Positions 49,577 through 61,361 of a stretch of 64,000 bases of DNA are shown one piece after another. This DNA is from Isurus oxyrinchus (lineage: Eukaryota), in contig JANJGN010000323.1 in assembly GCA_026770705.1 (NCBI GenBank), forward strand, positions 124,001 to 188,000. The letters are read 5' to 3'. How positions within the stretch are numbered: the stretch's first letter is position 1; each line of letters starts with the position of its first letter. Under the pieces are notes generated by a model, which was not told where the DNA came from, ran no database searches, and worked only from the letters and a program-made list of their open reading frames with translations. The position numbers and the translations under genes are program-made.

Positions 49577-52500
49577 AAGGGACAGAGACAGAGTGTTATG
49601 AATCTTTTAATGTATGTAATGTAATTGGAAATTGTCTATTTAAGAAGAGGTTTAGTCTGTGGGTGTGTCTGTGTGTGTTTTAATTGGATTAAAGCCAGCC
49701 AGTCTGGGTATTTGATGTATAGTAGTGTTGAGATGTAAACTGAGAGATAAAAATTTGTATTTTTAAACAGAGTATTCAAAGCCTGAGAGTGAAATCTTAA
49801 ACCAATCAACATTTATTTTGTTGATAAAATTGATACTATGACAGAGGATTTATTGTTAGAAGAGATGGAGATCAAAGGTCCTGATGATACAATGAGAATT
49901 TACATTCAAAGAGAAGCACTGGGTATAACTTGAGCAGTTTTGTGTGTGCAGAGCAGAGGCTTGTAACATCAAAGCAGCTGTAAGCCTACACCTGTCTGCA
50001 AAGGAACCAAAGTGAAAGGAACCTCATTTGGAATTTGTGAGGTGAAAATGCTTTGCCTGGGTGTCTGCTTAAATTCTATGGGTTATCTTAGAGGAGATTA
50101 GTTTGGGAATTTGTTAAAAAGTTATGATAATACTCGCTTGTAGCCATGTGCATATGTTTAACTTGTGTAAATTAATAAATGTCTCATGTAGTTTGATATA
50201 ACACCGATGTCGAGAACTGGTGCTCTTATTCCTGAATTTAGAGCTGCATCTCAAACATTCCACTGGGAAATATAGGTTATGACAGTTGTTTAAAGTTTCC
50301 TCTCGGATTTTAAACAACAGCCTTTACCAGTTGCTGTGTCATAATAGAGAGACAGCATGATACTGAACCATTGCTGACTCCACAGGTACAAATCAGTGGG
50401 TAACTGGGCTGGGAATCTGGGACATGTGTTGTCTACACACTGAGATTGAAGCTTTGGAGTGAGTGTAAACAGCTCCTGTACCTGGTGCTTCACAGAGAGT
50501 GGACTGGGAGTCAATACAATGTCACTGGTCCCTGAAACTCTCTCCTCCATCGCTGTCTTTCTCCTGCAATAACACAATATCACACTGTGGTTATCATATA
50601 GCAGAGAGTCAGTGCAGCACAGACACAGAGCCCACTGTAACTTACACCAATGACTGGGACTGTCTCTTTAAATCACATCTGCACAAAGCACAGAATCAAG
50701 AAGCTTGACACCATCCAGGACAAAGCAGCTCGATTGATCTACACCCCATCCCCCACATTAAACATTCACTCCCTCCACCATGAACACACAGTGGCAGCAG
50801 TGTGTGTAACATCTACAAGATGCAACGCAGTGAGTCACCAAGCCTCCTTAGACAGCACCTTCCAAACACATGATCACTACCATCTAGAAGGACAAGGGCA
50901 GCAGACACATGGGAACACCACCACCTGGAAGTTCCCCTCCAAGTCACTCACCATCCTGACTTGGAAATATATCACCGTTCCTTCACTGTCGCTGGGTCAA
51001 AATCCTGGAACTCCCTCTCTAACAGCACTGTGGGTGTACCTACACCACATGGACTGCAGCGGGTCAAGAAGGCAGCTCACCACCACCTTCTCAAGGGGCA
51101 ATTAGGGATGGGCAATTTAATAACGGCCTCACCAGTGACAGTCACATTTGATTAAAGAATTTAAAATCTCACAGCTCAGGAGGAAGCCACTCAGCCCATC
51201 GTGCCCGTGCTGGCCCTTTGTAAAAACTGTCCAAATAGTCCTCAACAAATGTTTATATTAAAATCAAGTTAAATCTTCAGACTTACTTTCTCACACAGAT
51301 GAAGATGAAGATTCCAGCCAGGAAAACACTCAACATGATCCCAGCCGTGAACAATCCTACTGTCCATTTACTGGAGTCTCTACCTGTAAAAACAGTCATT
51401 AATTACTGCACTACAGGTTTACAATGATGCTCCGATGTATCTCGAGAAGCGATACACTCACTCAGTGTTTAAATACTCATTCTCGGGCAATGCTGACATT
51501 TATTGTCCATCCCTAGTTTCCCCTTGAGATGGTGGTGGGGGGTCTTCCTCCTGAACCACTGGTTTGTCCCAAACTGGGAGACCAGTTCAGAGGGCAGGTA
51601 AGAGTTAACCATGATGGTGTCTGAGACTGGAGTCACATATACACCCAGACCTGTTAAAATGGACAGGTTTCCCTCCCTTAAGGGTCATTAGTGACCCACA
51701 TTATATATGTAATTTCTATATATATATGTATCAAATAACCTCACTAAAATAATCAATTATCACCTCAATTGCACGCTGTTGTTTGTGGGATCTTGCTGTG
51801 TACAAATCAACTGTTGCGTTTCCTACATGACAACAGTGAGCTCACTTCGAAACTGCTTCATTGGTTATCGAGTCTTGCATTTCGATGTAATCAATTTAAC
51901 ATTTATATATATTTATCAATGTGATCCCTATAACATTAATGTATAATATTTAGCAATGTAATATATGTAACATTTATATATAATTTTTCTCGATGTAATC
52001 TATGTAATATTTATATATAATATTTATCAATGTAATCTATGTAATATTTATATATAATATTTCTCGATGTAATCTATGTAATATTTATATATAATGTTTC
52101 TCGATGTAATCTATGTAATATTTATATATAATGTTTCTCGATGTAATCTATGTAATGTTTATATATAATATTTAGTCGTTTGGGGGGAGAACCTGAGTAT
52201 TGCTGAGAAAGGACATTTTGTCAAAGCTTTCTGTCTTGCACCCAATGAAGCAGCTTATCTGGGGGAGAGGGTTCCAGATTTCCACTCCCCTTTGTGTGAA
52301 GAAGTGCTTCCTGACATCACCCCCTGAACGGCCTGGCTCCAATTTGACCAAGTGTTGCCATTGTCACATGAGGTCAGGTGATTCAAAGCTTGGTCAAAGG
52401 GGTAAGTTGTACACAGCATCTTAGAGGAGGTAGAGAGAGAGGTGGAGAGGTTGAGGGAGGGAATTCTCGAGTTTAGGGATCAATCCAGCTGAGTGGAGAT

Positions 52501-55500
52501 CGAACCTGAGCGAGTCTCTCACCTTTGACCCACAGATACACCTTGAACATGGCTTCCCCGTGTGGGTTTTGAACCGAGCAGGATGCAATCACTCCCCCCT
52601 CATCCTGGGGTCTCATCAGAGTGAGGGAACCAGTCACCAGATGCCCATCTCTGACCTGCCACGACACAAAATCTCCGTGTGTTTGGTTACCACTGATGTT
52701 GGCACTGGGCAGGTGCCAGGTGAGGTCTCCCGGTGGGTTGGAGGTGGCCACACAGACGCAGGTGACCCCCTCTGATCTCCGAGTGCACTCCGACTGCTGG
52801 GAAATCTCCGGCTTATCTGAGGAGGGAAGGACAACAATGAGACAACGTCATAGCAAAGTTAGAGCGTAAGATAGAATCTTCACACTGAAACACTCATTCC
52901 TGCCTTTGTTACCTCTGCACTCAACTATCCCAACACTCTCCTGCCCGACCTCCCATCTTTCACTCTCCATAAACATCAGCTCATCCTAAACTCTGCTGTT
53001 CCCATGTCCTAACTCACACATCACTCCCTGTTGGTCACTGAGCTACACTGGCTCCCGGTCCGACAATGCCACAATTTTAAAATTCACATCGTTTCAAATC
53101 CCTCCTTACCCCCTCCCTATCTCTGTTACCTCCTCCAGCCCCTATAACCCTCCCTATCTCTGTTACCTCCTTCAGCACCTATAACCCTCCCTATCTCTGT
53201 AACCTCCTCCAACTCCCACAACCGTCCCTATCCCTGTAACCTCCTACAGCCCATATAAAACTCGCTAACTCCGCAACCACCTTCCATCCCTACACCCCTC
53301 CCTATCTATGTAACCTCCTCCAGCCCCCACAACCCTCTCTACCTCTGTAACCTCCTCCAGCCCCCACAACCCTCCCTAACTCTGTAACCTCCTCCAGCCC
53401 CCACAACCCTCCCTATCTCTGTAAACTCCTCCAGCCTCTACAACCCTCCCTATCTCTGTAACCTCCTCCAGACCCTTCAACCCTCACTATCTCTGTAACC
53501 TCATCCAGCCCCTACAACACTCCCTATCTCTGTAACCTCCTCCAGCCCCTACAACCCTCCCTATCTCTGTAACCTCCTCCAGCCCCTATAACCTTCCTTA
53601 TCTCTGTAAACTCCTCCAGCCTCTACAACCCTCCGAGATCTCGATGCACCTCCAATTCCAGCCTCTTGACCTTCCCCCGATTCCTATCGCTCCACCATTG
53701 GCAGCCGTGCCTTCAGCTGCCTGGATCCTAACCTCTGGAATTCCCTCCCTCATTTCTCACCTCCTTCGGACAAAATGTGACCACCATCAAAAGCATCTTT
53801 CCTTCACTCCCACCCCGTTGGCATTCCACAGGGATCATTCCCTCCAGGACACCCTGGTCCACTCCTCCATCACCCCTAGCACCTCAACCCTCTCCGATGA
53901 CATCTTCCCATGCATTTACAGAAGGTGCAACACCTGCCCCTTTACTTCCTCCCCCCTCACTGTCCAATGACCCAAACACTCCTTCCAGGTGAAGCAGCGC
54001 TTCATGTACACTTCCTTCAATTTAATCTACTGCATTCACTGCTCCCAATGTGGTCTCCTCTACATGGGACAGACCAAACGCAGACTGGGTGTTCGCTCTG
54101 ATGAACACCTTCGGTCTGTCCACAAGCATGACCCAGACCTCCCTGTCGCTTGCCATTTTAACACCCCACCCTGCTCTCATGCCCACATGTCCGTCCTTGG
54201 CCTGCTGCATTGTTCCAGTGAAGCCCAACACAAACTGGAGGAACAGCACCTCATCTTCCGACCAGGCACTTTACAGCCTTCCAGACTGAATATTGAGTTC
54301 AACAATTTCAGATCACGAACTCTCTCCTCGATCTTCACTGCTTTTTGAACCCTTTTTTATGTATTCATTTTAATTGTATTTTTTGTTAACTGTTTTCCCC
54401 TTATTTTTATTATTATTATTTGAAATTCATTTCCATTTTTATTGATTGTTTTATCCACAGATTTTAGTCTATTTTCGATCTTTATTCCCTCCACCGTCCC
54501 CTCCCCCTGCCACACCCTCACGAAGGCCATCTGTCTCTTTCCAGAGTGCTTACCCTGGTCCGCCCATTATCACACTCTGCTTAATGTCACCATTAGCACC
54601 TCCTTTACCCAATACCACCACTGTTAACAACCCTTTGACCTTTTGTTTATGACATCTTCCACAATCTCTCCATTGCCTCCACCTATCGCTGGTTTTCTAT
54701 CCAGCTCCACCTGTCCCATCGCCCCGCCTTAGACAGGATATATTTCACCACATGTCTACTTCCCTTTAGCTCTGAAGAGGAGTCATACAGACTCCAAACG
54801 CTAACCCTGTCTTTCTCTCCACAGATGCTGCCAGATGCTCAGAATCAGCTGGATGGACAGAAAGACCAATGAGTGGCTTAGATCAAGAGGAGATGTTCAG
54901 CAATTAAAAGGGTTGTTCAGGACAGTTAGAGAGAGAAAGGTCGTCAAGTACGGAGATTGGAAACGAAGACCTGACAGCCTTGTCCTGACAACCATTGAAG
55001 GAGAAACTGAGAGCAAAAACAGAAAGGGAGAGGAAAAATTGGGTGTGTGGATAACGTGGACTGAGCGAGGATTGAAGAAAACTGGATTAAAAACAACACG
55101 ATCCCAATGGCTCCACGGAGACCACGGAGACAACAAACAAACAAATGTATCTCCACACTCACGTTCCACAGTGATGGTTATGAACCCCTCCACTGCTCCA
55201 TGTTCATTCTCTGCCACACACTGATAGTCACAACCTGGGCTCCCTCTGCCCTATCAGGTTGGGATAAACAATCCCAAGGGTCAATACAAGGAACAGCTCT
55301 CCCTGCTCAATATCACTCATTAAAAAAGGACCAGTTTTGTCTTCAACCCAGTGAAGTTTGTGGGATCTTGCCCAGCACATTATATCCTAATACCGCTAAT
55401 ATAGAATGAAGGGTGTCCATACTTACATTGTACAGTCAGTACGAGGGTCCGCTCTGATGAAACAGATGGATATCTCACTCTGCAGCTGAGAGTGTGTCCG

Positions 55501-58500
55501 TGGTGTTTGAGTGATGGGATCAGGGTCAGAACAGAAGTATAGGTCAGAGTGACACCATGCTGAGTTACAGTGTTTGAGACTGATCCAGGCACGTCAGTGG
55601 GAGTGTCCCAGGTTAAGACAGGTGCTGCTGTTCCATTGCACGTTGTGTTGAAGGTGCAGCTTACATCCACACGCTTTCCTGCAATAATTTCAGCAGGGAA
55701 TATCGTGGGTTTATCTGTGAAATCTAACAGACAGAGAATGGATCCTTTTAGAGAAATATAATGTGAAGCATCAGTTCAAATAGAAATCACAGTCCCACAA
55801 GAGAAAGCACTTTTACAAGGATGATATCAGAACTGAGAGGTTACAATGATCAGGAGAGAATTTCCTATTTTCAGACTTAGTGGAGTTTCTGTCACTCAGA
55901 TGAATTCATTTCCACTTTGAGACAATTGAATTGACAATCCCAGGTGAGGGTGGGGGAGCAGCTCACAGTTCCTGGCACACTGGCTTGTTACTTTCTCCGA
56001 AATCTGCCAGATTTAAATTCTATCCTGTCCCCAGCAGGAGAGAATCCATTTGAACCAATCACTGAACCGGCATCAAAAGCAGATGATCAGGTTATTGATC
56101 ACATAGCTGTTTCTGGGAGCTTGCTGTGAATAAATTGGCTGCTGTGTTTCCCATATTACAACAAGGGCTACATTTCAAGAATTATTTCATTGGTTGTGAA
56201 TCCATTTGTGACGTACAGAGATGTTGAAAGGTGCTATAGAAATGCGAATCTTTCTTTTGTCGATATGTAAGACTGTCAAACAGGGTTACGGAGATCGATG
56301 GGAGTGGATATCCTGATAACATTGATGGACACAGTCAATACATTTAATCATTGATATTAAAGTGAGTATTAAAGGTTGCTTTAGGACTGAACTGGAAGCT
56401 ATCACCAGGTTATTGAGAATCAGACAGTGTGTTATAATAAGCTGTGTTTTGTGTTAATATGTAAACATCACAGTTTGTGTTATTTCCCATTGAGTGTTGA
56501 ATGTGAATTGTTGAGTAATTATAACACAGCACTTACCAGAAACGTAAAGCTGGGTTACAGGGTAATAGTTATGGCTCGGACCATTGTCAAATTCTATCTT
56601 GAAAAAATAAGGTCCTGCATCTTCCCATCTGATGTTGTTTATAATCAGGGAACAGTCGCCATCTTTCAGGTCTCCAGACAGCCGGGTCCGATGGCGGAAC
56701 CGTGGTAACTCGTGACTGTGATCCTTGGAGTGAAAGGCAATGGGAGCCCAGGGAATCTGTTTCTCATTATTAAACCAGACTCCACCTCGCGGTTGGTTTT
56801 CCAGACACGATGGATAACTGTAATGACATGGAATCTGTACACACGAACCTTCCTGCGCTGTCACCTCTCGTGGAATGTCACCTCTCCACTCTTGTGAGGG
56901 TTCATCTGGGGAGAGAAATCTCAATATTTAACTCTGGATGGTTTGTGGATCCACTGAAACCGATATTGACAGATGAGGCTGAATTGGGGGGATGGTCAAT
57001 ACTGAGGAGAATGGCAACAAATTATTTTGGCAGGAAGAATAGAAAAACAGGATATTATTTAAATGGAGACAGGCTGCAGAATGCAGTACAGAGGGATCTG
57101 GGTGTCCTTGTACATGAATCACAGAAAGTCAGCATTCAGGAACACCACGGAATGAGGAAGGCAAGTGGAATGTTGGCCTTTATTGCAAAGGGATGGAGTA
57201 TAAAAGGAGGGAAGACTTGCAACAGCTGCACAGGGTGAGATTGTATCAGGAGCAGTGTGTACAGTTCTGGTCTCCTTACTTAGGGAGGGATAGACTCTGC
57301 ATTGAACGCAGTCCAGAGGAGGTTCACTGGGCTGATTCCTGGGATTAAGGGGTTTGTCCTGTGAGGAAATGTTGAGCAGGTTGGGCCTGTATCCATTGGA
57401 GTTTAGAAGAATGAGTGGTGACCTTATTGAAACATATCCGATTCCGAGGGGGCTTGACAGGGTGGATGCTGGGAGGATGTTTCCCCCTCGTGGGGGAATC
57501 TAGAACCAGGGAGCACAGTTTCGGAATGAGGGCTCTCCCATTTAAGACTGAGATGAGGAGGAATTTCCTCTCTCAGAGGGGTGCTAGCCTGTGGAATTCT
57601 CTTCCCCAGAGAGCAGTGGAGGCTGGGCCATTGAATAGACTCAAGGCTGAGTGAGGCAGGTTTTTGATCGACAAGGGAGTCAAGGGTTTGTGTCAGGCAG
57701 GAAAATGGAGTTAAGGCCACAACCAGATCAGTGAGAGCAGGCTCAAGGGGCCGAATGGCCTGCTCCTGTCCCTATTTCTTATGTTCCTACATTCTTACCT
57801 TCTTAAAATATTAAAGCTGCAGAATAAACATGAAGTGACTGACCCGCTCGACCCACCTTCCATCTGGGGGTCCCATGGGGAGGACCCTTCCTGAGCCAGA
57901 TCCACCAGCCAACATGGTCTGGATCCGAGCACAGGAGACACGGGGGGGAGTGACTAACAGGCTCCTTGTGACAGGCCCCGTCTGTCCAATGGCTGGCTTT
58001 CAGCTGCCAAGGCCAGAGTGGTCCTTGCTAAAACCGGCTCAGGACAGGCCAGGACCCCTGTGCAGACCCCCTCCAGCGCTGCAGCCTCTGTACAAACCCC
58101 TCATGCGCTTGTGGAGAGACACAAACAAGGCTGCACATTACCGAGGAGAATCCCCTCTACAGACTAAGGGGCTGACTCATCACCTTAAACTCAGCAAATG
58201 AGGAGGCTCTCGCTCGGTATCGGGTCTTGGCATTCGCTCAATAAAAATAATCAAATGACATTTTGGTCAGAAATCTAAGGAGGTTGTACATTCCGTCAAA
58301 AATAAGACTCAAGCTGGGGTCAAGGGTCAAAGGGCAACAACTTATATTTACACAACAACTTTAACATGACAAATCACCCCAAGGTGCTACACAGGAGCGT
58401 CATAAAACAAAGTATGTCACCCAGACACATGTGGAGATATTAGCGACAGCTGACCAGAAGAGGTCGGTGTTATGGAGAGACAGAGAGAAAGAGAAAAAGA

Positions 58501-60736
58501 GACAGAGAGAGAGAGATAGAGAGAGTGAGAGAGAGGGATGGAGAGGGGTTGAGGGAGGGTATTACAGAGCTCGGGCCCCAGGCAGCTGAAGGCATGGACG
58601 CTGATGTTGGAGTGATGTGCTCGGGGGATGGTCAAGAGGCTGGAATTGGAGGAGCGCAGAGACCTCTGAAGGTTGGTGGGTCTGGAGGAGGTTACAGAGA
58701 TAGGGAGGGTTGTAGGGGCTGGAGGAGGTTACAGAGATAGCGAGGTTTGTAGTGATTGGAGGAGTTATAGCGATAGGGAGGTTTGTAGGGGCTGGAAAAG
58801 TTAAGAGAGATTGGGAGAGTGTAGGGTCTGGAGGAGTTTGCAGAGGTAGGGAGGGTTGTAGTGACTGGGGCAGGTTACAGGGGCAGGGAAAGTTGTCGGG
58901 ACTGGAGCAGGCTACAGAGATAGGGAAGCTTTTAGGGGCAGGAGGAAGTTACAGAAATAGGGAGATTTGTTGTGGCTGGAGGAGGTTGCAGAGATTGGTA
59001 GGTTTGTTGGGCAGGATCAATTTGCAGATATAGGGAAGCGGTAGATACTTCAAGAGGTTACAGAGAATGGGATGGTTGTAGGTACTGGAGGAGGACGAGG
59101 AGATTACAGGGATAGTGCGGAAACAAAGATGAAAATTTGGACATTGCGACTTTGCTTGACCAGGAGCCAGTCTCGGTCATCGAGCAGAGTGGGTGATAAG
59201 GGAACGGGACTTGGTGTGAGTAAGGATGTGGTCAGCAGTTTTGGATGGCCTCAAGTTTATGGAGTGTAGAGCGTGTGTTGGAACAGTCGAGTCTGGAGGT
59301 AATGAAGGTGTGGATGAGGGTTTCAGCAGCAGATGAGCTGAGACAGGGTGACGTCGTGCGATGTTACGCAGGTGGAAATAGACGGTGTTAGTGAGGGTGC
59401 AGATATGAGGCCGGAAGCTCATCTCAGGATCAAATGGGACAACAAAGCTGTGAACAGATTGGCTTCAATCTCAGAGAGCTGCCAGGGAGTGGAATGGAGT
59501 TGGTAGCGAGGGAACAGAGTTTGGAGCGGGGAATGAAGACAATGGCCTCAGTCTTTCCAATATTTAATTGGAGGGAATTTCTGCCCATCCAGTACTGGAT
59601 GTCGGATAAGCAGCCTGATAATTTAGCAGCAGTGGAGGAGTCGAGAGAGGTGGTGGTGAGGTAGAGCTGGGGATCCTCAGTGGACAGGTGAAAACTAACA
59701 CTGTTCAGATGATGCTGCAAAGCCATTGCAAGTGATTCTCTGGCTACGATGAGATGGATAAGAATGGAGCCAGGGGAGAGCAGTCCCACCCAGCTGGACC
59801 ACAGTGGAGAGGGGTTGGAGGAGGATGGTGTGGTCGAGCGTGTCAAAGGCTGCAGACAGATCGAGAAGGACGAGGAGGGAAAGTTGACCTTTGTCACAGT
59901 CACACAGGATGCCATTTGTGACCTTGATAAGAGCTGTTTCAGCACAGTGGCTGGGGTGGGAACCTCATTGGAGGGATTCAAACATGGAGTTCCGGGAAAG
60001 ATGGGAATGGATTCGGGAAATGGAAACACGTTCAAGGACTTTGGAGGGGAACGAGAGGCTGGAGATGGGACGGGGGTTTACACGGACAGTGTGAGGGGTG
60101 GAAGGTGTAGTGGGGAGGAGACACTTCACTCAGGGGGGAAGTGTCATCATCCCTCAGCTCGGTTTACGTTACAGCTATGATGTGGATTCAATCACACACA
60201 ATAAGCTCATGGATCTGGGAGCAGAAATAGACAAATCATTAAAAATAGTGATGCTGGTTAACACGGCCAAAAAACAAGCAAATCAAACACTATTATTTCC
60301 CATTGAGTGTTGGATGTGAATTGTTGAGTAATTATAACACAGCACTTACCAGAAACGTGAAGCTGGGTTGCAGGATAGTAGCTGTAACTATTGCTGCTGT
60401 CAAATTCTATTCTGAAATAATAATAATGTGCATCTTCCCGTCTGATGTTGTTTATAATCAGGGAACAGTCGCCATCTTTCAGGTCTCCAGACAGCCGTGT
60501 CCTATTGCGGAACCGTGTTAACTCGCGATTGTGATCCTTGGAGTGAAAAGCTATAGTCCCTCTAGACCTTGTATTCCATGTATTCCATGTGTACCATTTC
60601 ACGTACCAGATTCCGACACGTGCTCTCCCTACTACACGTGCTGGATAACTGTAGTTACATGGAATCTGGACACACGAACCTTCCTGCGCTGTCACCTGTC
60701 GTGGAGTTTCACCTTTCCACTCTTGTGACAGTCCAA
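48821..60736 (-). CDS. Siglec-like gene A (CD22/MAG/CD33-type), 5'-partial: V1-V2-C2-C2-TM-cytoplasmic tail with an ITSM-like motif
   Basis: Phase-compatible GT-AG exons 60350-60736, 56537-56905, 55427-55723, 52523-52816, 51287-51383, 50482-50563 and 48821-49063 give one open frame. The leader exon was not found in the window. Confidence 0.8.
49594..50346 (+). mobile_element. Solo LTR-like element (same family as 43968-44797) in a gene A intron
   Basis: TGTTATG...GTGTCATAA; colinear similarity with 43968-44797. Confidence 0.6.
50482..50563 (-). CDS. Gene A cytoplasmic exon 1
   Basis: ttattgcag| RKTAMEERVSGTSDIVLTPSPLSVKHQ |gtacag; phase 2-0 links the TM exon to the last exon. Confidence 0.78.
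50690..51150 (+). mobile_element. CR1-clade LINE 3' fragment
   Basis: KKLDTIQDKAARLI, GSKSWNSL, KAAHHHLLKG. Confidence 0.8.
51287..51383 (-). CDS. Gene A transmembrane exon
   Basis: GRDSSKWTVGLFTAGIMLSVFLAGIFIFICVR; phase 1-2; uncharged TM. Confidence 0.88.
51890..52172. repeat. 37-bp AT-rich tandem repeat
   Basis: cgatgtaatctatgtaatatttatatataat recurs. Confidence 0.85.
52523..52816 (-). CDS. Gene A membrane-proximal C2 exon (MAG Ig5-like)
   Basis: YKPEISQQSECTRRSEGVTCVCVATSNPPGDLTWHLPS...ASCSVQNPHGEAMFKVYLWVK; the C-x8-CxC..SNP pattern matches last Ig domains of MAG/Siglecs. Confidence 0.88.
53790..54832 (+). mobile_element. Penelope-like element fragment (GIY-YIG)
   Basis: NLIYCIHCSQCGLLYMGQTKRRLGVR. 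Confidence 0.82.
54835..55140 (+). mobile_element. RTE-clade LINE 3' fragment
   Basis: MLRISWMDRKTNEWL...IEG. Confidence 0.65.
55163..55229 (-). pseudogene. Truncated remnant of a C2 exon (3' 67 nt only) in gene A
   Basis: DYQCVAENEHGAVEGFITITVE plus a gtgag donor, matching the end of gene B exon 36482-36763. Homology stops abruptly at 55229. Confidence 0.85.
55427..55723 (-). CDS. Gene A C2-set exon (Siglec domain-2 type)
   Basis: DFTDKPTIFPAEIIAGKRVDVSCTFNTTCNGTAAPVLTW...LSCRVRYPSVSSERTLVLTVQ; has the extra BC-loop Cys typical of Siglec domain 2. Confidence 0.9.
56537..56905 (-). CDS. Gene A V-set exon V2 (Arg replaced by Lys)
   Basis: DEPSQEWRGDIPREVTAQEGSCVQIPCHYSYPSC...GPYFFKIEF...LYVS; ctctccccag acceptor, G|gtaagt donor. 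Confidence 0.9.
56960..57785 (+). mobile_element. CR1-type LINE 3' fragment between V1 and V2
   Basis: QRDLGVLVHESQK, FKTEMRRNFLSQR. Confidence 0.85.
58330..60090 (-). mobile_element. L2-type LINE fragment with an internal minisatellite (~58670-59110)
   Basis: CLSDIQYWMGRNSLQLNIGKTEAIVF, YFHLRNIAR. Confidence 0.8.
60350..60736 (-). CDS. Gene A V-set exon V1 (essential Arg present)
   Basis: GLSQEWKGETPRQVTAQEGSCVQIPCNYSY...GDCSLIINNIRREDAHYYYFRIEF...LHVS. Siglec Cys pattern (CxxIPC, DCSL, no F-strand Cys); phase 1-1. Confidence 0.9.
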
Positions 60737-61361
60737 CTGGGGAGAGAAATATCAATATTTAACTCTGGATGGTTTGTAGATCCACTAGACTCGATATCCA
60801 CCCCCTCCTTCACGGGGTCAGAGTGGCTGCAGTGTGGACCATCTACAGGACACACAGGGATCTCCCCAGTGTTTCACAATGGATAGAAGAGAATCCTGGA
60901 CACAAAAGCGGAAATATTCATGCTACATTGGCTCATGGTCCTCAGGACCCTGTTTGTGTACAAACCTGCTCTGCAACAGAACTGAAGTTGGGGAAAATCC
61001 ATTTGGAATTCCACTGTCCAGGGCATTGTGTTAACTTGCTGAGTTTGTTTTAAATCTAACATTTATTTTTGGTCTGTTGCCTTAAAGGAAGTGTAACTGG
61101 GAGTCAGGTTAATTAGGAATTTTAGGAGTTATTATAGCAGTCATTGTAGTCTTATGTATGTGCTTGAAATCTTTTATTTTGATGACAAATATTTTAATTT
61201 ATTGTTTTAAATCTCTAAATGTCTTGATGGAGTTATAGCTTCTGAATTCAGTGCACAATCATAACAAATACCAATTGCAAAATCATTATGATAGTGAGAC
61301 CAAGTTCCTCTCATGGAGTTGGTCTGCCTGGCACACATCACCTGCCAAGTGATAACACTGT

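Noticed and set aside
38935-60736. Antigen-receptor (Ig/TCR/IgNAR) V segments
   Set aside because: The V exons lack the F-strand YYC, include the G strand and end in splice donors rather than RSS; the Cys and Arg pattern is Siglec-type.
30289-60736. Assigning MAG, CD22 or SIGLEC15 symbols
   Set aside because: Domain counts and tails do not match any single ortholog; a phylogeny is needed.
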